Origin: Chiloscyllium plagiosum
Taxonomy: Eukaryota
Assembly (NCBI RefSeq): GCF_004010195.1
Contig: NC_057738.1
Coordinates: 35,074,233 to 35,138,232, forward strand
Length of the DNA stretch: 64,000 nt
Reading direction: 5' to 3'
Every line of letters begins with the position of its first letter. Position 1 is the first letter of the stretch. This document shows, piece by piece, positions 61,801 to 64,000 of the stretch. The notes under the pieces were generated by a model, which ran no database searches, was not told the origin of the DNA, and saw nothing but the letters and a program-made list of their open reading frames with translations. The position numbers were made by a program, and so were the translations under genes.

Positions 61801-62146
61801 TGGAAGAATATTAGAGAGTTACATCGCACGCTTCCTATCTCACTCAATGGATGTGCGTGATGGCAGGGGGAGGGGGGATCTCAGGAGGGGAAAACAGAAA
61901 GGGAATTGAGCCCTTTCTGATGGTTGGCTTATTTTGTGTTGCAGAGTCTAAATGGAGTCTGTGCAGGAGACTGGATCAGTTTGCACTTTGAGAAGGCTAG
62001 CAGCATGTTTGTAACCAGTGCCTGTATCTATATTGGGATTGTTATTCCCGACATTTGGAGAGCATCAGTCCATGACAGGGTGTCACTACCATCTAACAGC
62101 TTTGTAAATCTGATTTGCTGTAGGAATCCCTGTGAGCACAGAGCCG

Positions 62147-62147
<1 letters not shown>

Positions 62148-62174
<27 letters not shown>
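62148..62174. repeat. (TC)n microsatellite
   Basis: Direct reading. Confidence 0.9.
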
Positions 62175-62177
<3 letters not shown>

Positions 62178-62279
62178 ATCGTTCCATCTTTACAGTTTTA
62201 CATTCAGCTGTTATCACCTTACCCTTCCTACCCAATCCAGTCAGTACTTAATGTCTTTTTTCCCAATCTTGTTTTACAG

Positions 62280-62417
62280 TGGGGGACAATGGATCTGAAG
62301 AGAAAGGAGACCTGGGTCAGACATCTCAAGCTACACTGACAGGATTGGTTGATGAAAGTAGAATTCAAGAAGATGATGATGCTGAGATCGAGTCCAAAAC
62401 TCAAACAGAAAATGGAG
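62280..62417 (+). CDS. Probable internal coding exon of an unidentified + strand gene (acidic, low-complexity peptide)
   Basis: Branch-like cttaat, tract tcttttttcccaatcttgttttacag, donor GAG|gtaatt; 138 nt, phase 1-1, open: GDNGSEEKGDLGQTSQATLTGLVDESRIQEDDDAEIESKTQTENG; purine-rich GAA motifs. Confidence 0.65.
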
Positions 62418-63519
62418 GTAATTCAATTGTAACTGTACACATTTCCAGCGATCGTTCGTTCCATCACTGAAGGGAGTGGGTGCTCAGCCCTTTTACAGTT
62501 TTCAGCAGTGGGTTTGAGACCCCTTTATAAGAGTTCTGCTCCTTTGAGATATCCTCAGGGAGGTGGTGATTGGGGGTGAAAAGGGTGGGGGGTGGTGGGG
62601 AAGGGGTGAAAGTGCTTTTCTGAATTCTCTCCCAGAAGGCTGTGGAGGCCAAGTCAAAGATGAGATAGTTGAATGTTTAGAATTTAAGGATATGAGGAGT
62701 AAGCAAGAATATGACATAGAGAGAGAGAATCAGCAATGACCATACTGAATGGCCGAATGGCCTACCCATTCTCCGACTTTCTATGGTTTGAGAGTTAATT
62801 TGCCCACCCCACCAGCGATTAAGACCCAGAAGTGACCAATGAGGAATCAGTAGAAAGCCTCGTTGTCATTGGGATTAACTCCGCTGTGAATGAATCTGTT
62901 GCCATGCAAATTGCCAGAGGGTAAAACTGTGTGGGTCACTTTATATCTCGGCTGGGCAGGGGCCTCAATCTAAGGCAATCAGGGTCCTGCACAGTCACCA
63001 AGGAGAGGGGGTTCAGTGGCGCTGCTGAGCGCAGGATCAGCCAACCTTCTGAGGCCTTGGTTCCTGGCTACAGCCTGCCAGTTGCCTTGACGTGGCCTGA
63101 TTTGGTGGGCCTTTTGAAAAGAGTCCGAGTGAGGGTCCCTCACTCGTTCTACAGGTGGTGGGCAAGACCCCAGCGCCCACAAGATTACACTTTCTAACAC
63201 TGCTCCTTCATTGTCACTGGGTCAAAACCCTTCCCTCACAGCTCCATGAGTGCACCACACCGATTCCTAATGACACTTAGACGCTGTGAAGGAGTGGAGA
63301 CAAAATCTGATATAAAAACTGAAAATACTGGAACCAAAACAGGTCAGACAGCATCTGCATTTAATATGATAATCCACAATATACACACCCACAGTTAATG
63401 CGCATTTAATGAGAGAGGAAGTGAGTTAGAGATTCAGACCAATTACTGGTTCTCTCTGCAGTTGGAGACGTTACTAATGTCACTGTGTAATTTTGTTTTT
63501 CTTTCCTGGGATTTTTGTT

Positions 63520-63832
63520 TTATTCATTACATGTGTGTTTCGCTGGAAAAGCCTGCATCAATTGCCCATACCTAATTTCCCAGAGAGCAGTTAAGAGTCA
63601 CCCACATGGCTGTGGGTCTGGAGTCACATGTAAACCAGACTAAGAGAGGATGGCAGATTTTCCCTCCCTGACAGACAGTCGTGAACCAGAAGGGTTTTTC
63701 CGACAATCGTTGTGAGACTCATAGTTCCAAATTAGCTTTTGATTGAAATTGAATTTGAACCCATGTGGCCAAAGCAATACCAGGGCCTCTTGGATTAACA
63801 GTACAGTGTTAATACCATGGGGTCATCCCCTC
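63520..63832 (-). mobile_element. SINE family X
   Basis: cagttaagagtca..gctgtgggtctggagtcacatgt..ggatggcagattt..gtgaaccaga..atttgaacccat. Confidence 0.72.
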
Positions 63833-64000
63833 CACAAGCCTCTCGGCCAGGCCAGTATTTGTTATCCATCCCTAATCACCCTGAATGGGTCAGTTATTCA
63901 TATTCTAATTACCCAGAGTCTAATGCTCTGGGGACCAGTGCTCAAATGCCATCATCGCTGCTGTAGGAATTTCAATACAATGAATAAATCTGGGATTGAA

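Overview
Eukaryotic, repeat-dense genomic DNA from an elasmobranch (shark), judged by about 17 copies of the HE1 V-SINE and many 3' fragments of its partner HER1/CR1 LINE. The species cannot be fixed from sequence alone. There are four assembly gaps (2061-2076, 5651-5781, 10467-11325, 13419-14145). No complete protein-coding gene is visible. The window reads as intronic or intergenic, with one good and two weaker + strand exon candidates, and nearly all listed ORFs are artefacts of repeats or N-runs. Non-repeat highlights are an intronless, decayed RPL23A retrocopy (about 19368-19890, - strand) and three local duplication scars. The most interesting system is a set of at least three short Penelope-like-element (PLE)-related families. 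They are often fold-back hairpins, many have 6-15 bp target-site duplications, and they carry a minimal hammerhead-ribozyme core (CUGANGA-stem II-GAAA-UH). A 5'-truncated PLE with RT sequence (10231-11581) ends in the same terminal sequence as one family. Family names and repeat boundaries come from recall and reading by eye, not database searches, so edges are approximate.
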